This document shows positions 63,945 through 64,000 of a stretch of 64,000 nucleotides of DNA, piece by piece. The DNA lies in assembly GCF_963921235.1 (NCBI RefSeq), contig NC_086108.1, positions 25,172,001 to 25,236,000 on the forward strand, given 5' to 3'. Below the pieces are notes generated by a model. It searched no databases, was not told the origin of the DNA, and saw only the letters and a program-made list of their open reading frames with translations. The stretch's first letter is position 1. Every line of letters begins with the position of its first letter. This DNA comes from Mobula hypostoma. Its lineage: Eukaryota. The position numbers and the translations under genes are program-made.

Positions 63945-64000
63945 TGCTCTGTTCTCACTGCTGCCATCAGGGAGAAGGTACTAGAGTCTCAGGGGTCGCA

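Noticed and set aside
63337..63984. 215-aa His/Pro-rich ORF
   Set aside because: Translation of the 32-bp satellite cycling through frames; only the last residues are Rex-derived

Overview
Repeat-dense eukaryotic DNA with no confidently identifiable host gene. The repeat content (CR1, Rex1/Babar, V-SINE/HE1-like SINEs, Penelope-like elements) points to a vertebrate, probably a cartilaginous fish; this is an inference. Main elements: three young copies of one CR1 LINE family (15842-17983 +, 21285-24327 -, near full-length 50786-55156 + with a zinc-finger/SGNH-esterase ORF1 and APE-RT ORF2), a complete but decayed Ty3/Gypsy element (33186-37705, 5-bp TSD), two solo LTRs, a HERO-like RLE non-LTR element, several Penelope-like elements with minimal hammerhead motifs, a hAT transposase relic split by a Penelope insertion, SINEs, MITEs and two minisatellites (35-bp and 32-bp units). 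Most notable: (1) the Gypsy element has no tRNA primer-binding site. Instead it carries a 16-nt sequence complementary to its own LTR poly(A)-signal region, a candidate tRNA-independent self-priming structure, and its RT motif is YLDN. (2) Two tiny Penelope snap-back insertions have 13-bp TSDs and invert at hammerhead helix II. (3) A ~3 kb satellite has been amplified out of Rex1/Babar LINE coding sequence. All calls were made by eye. Family names are not database-verified, and boundaries of old fragments are approximate.
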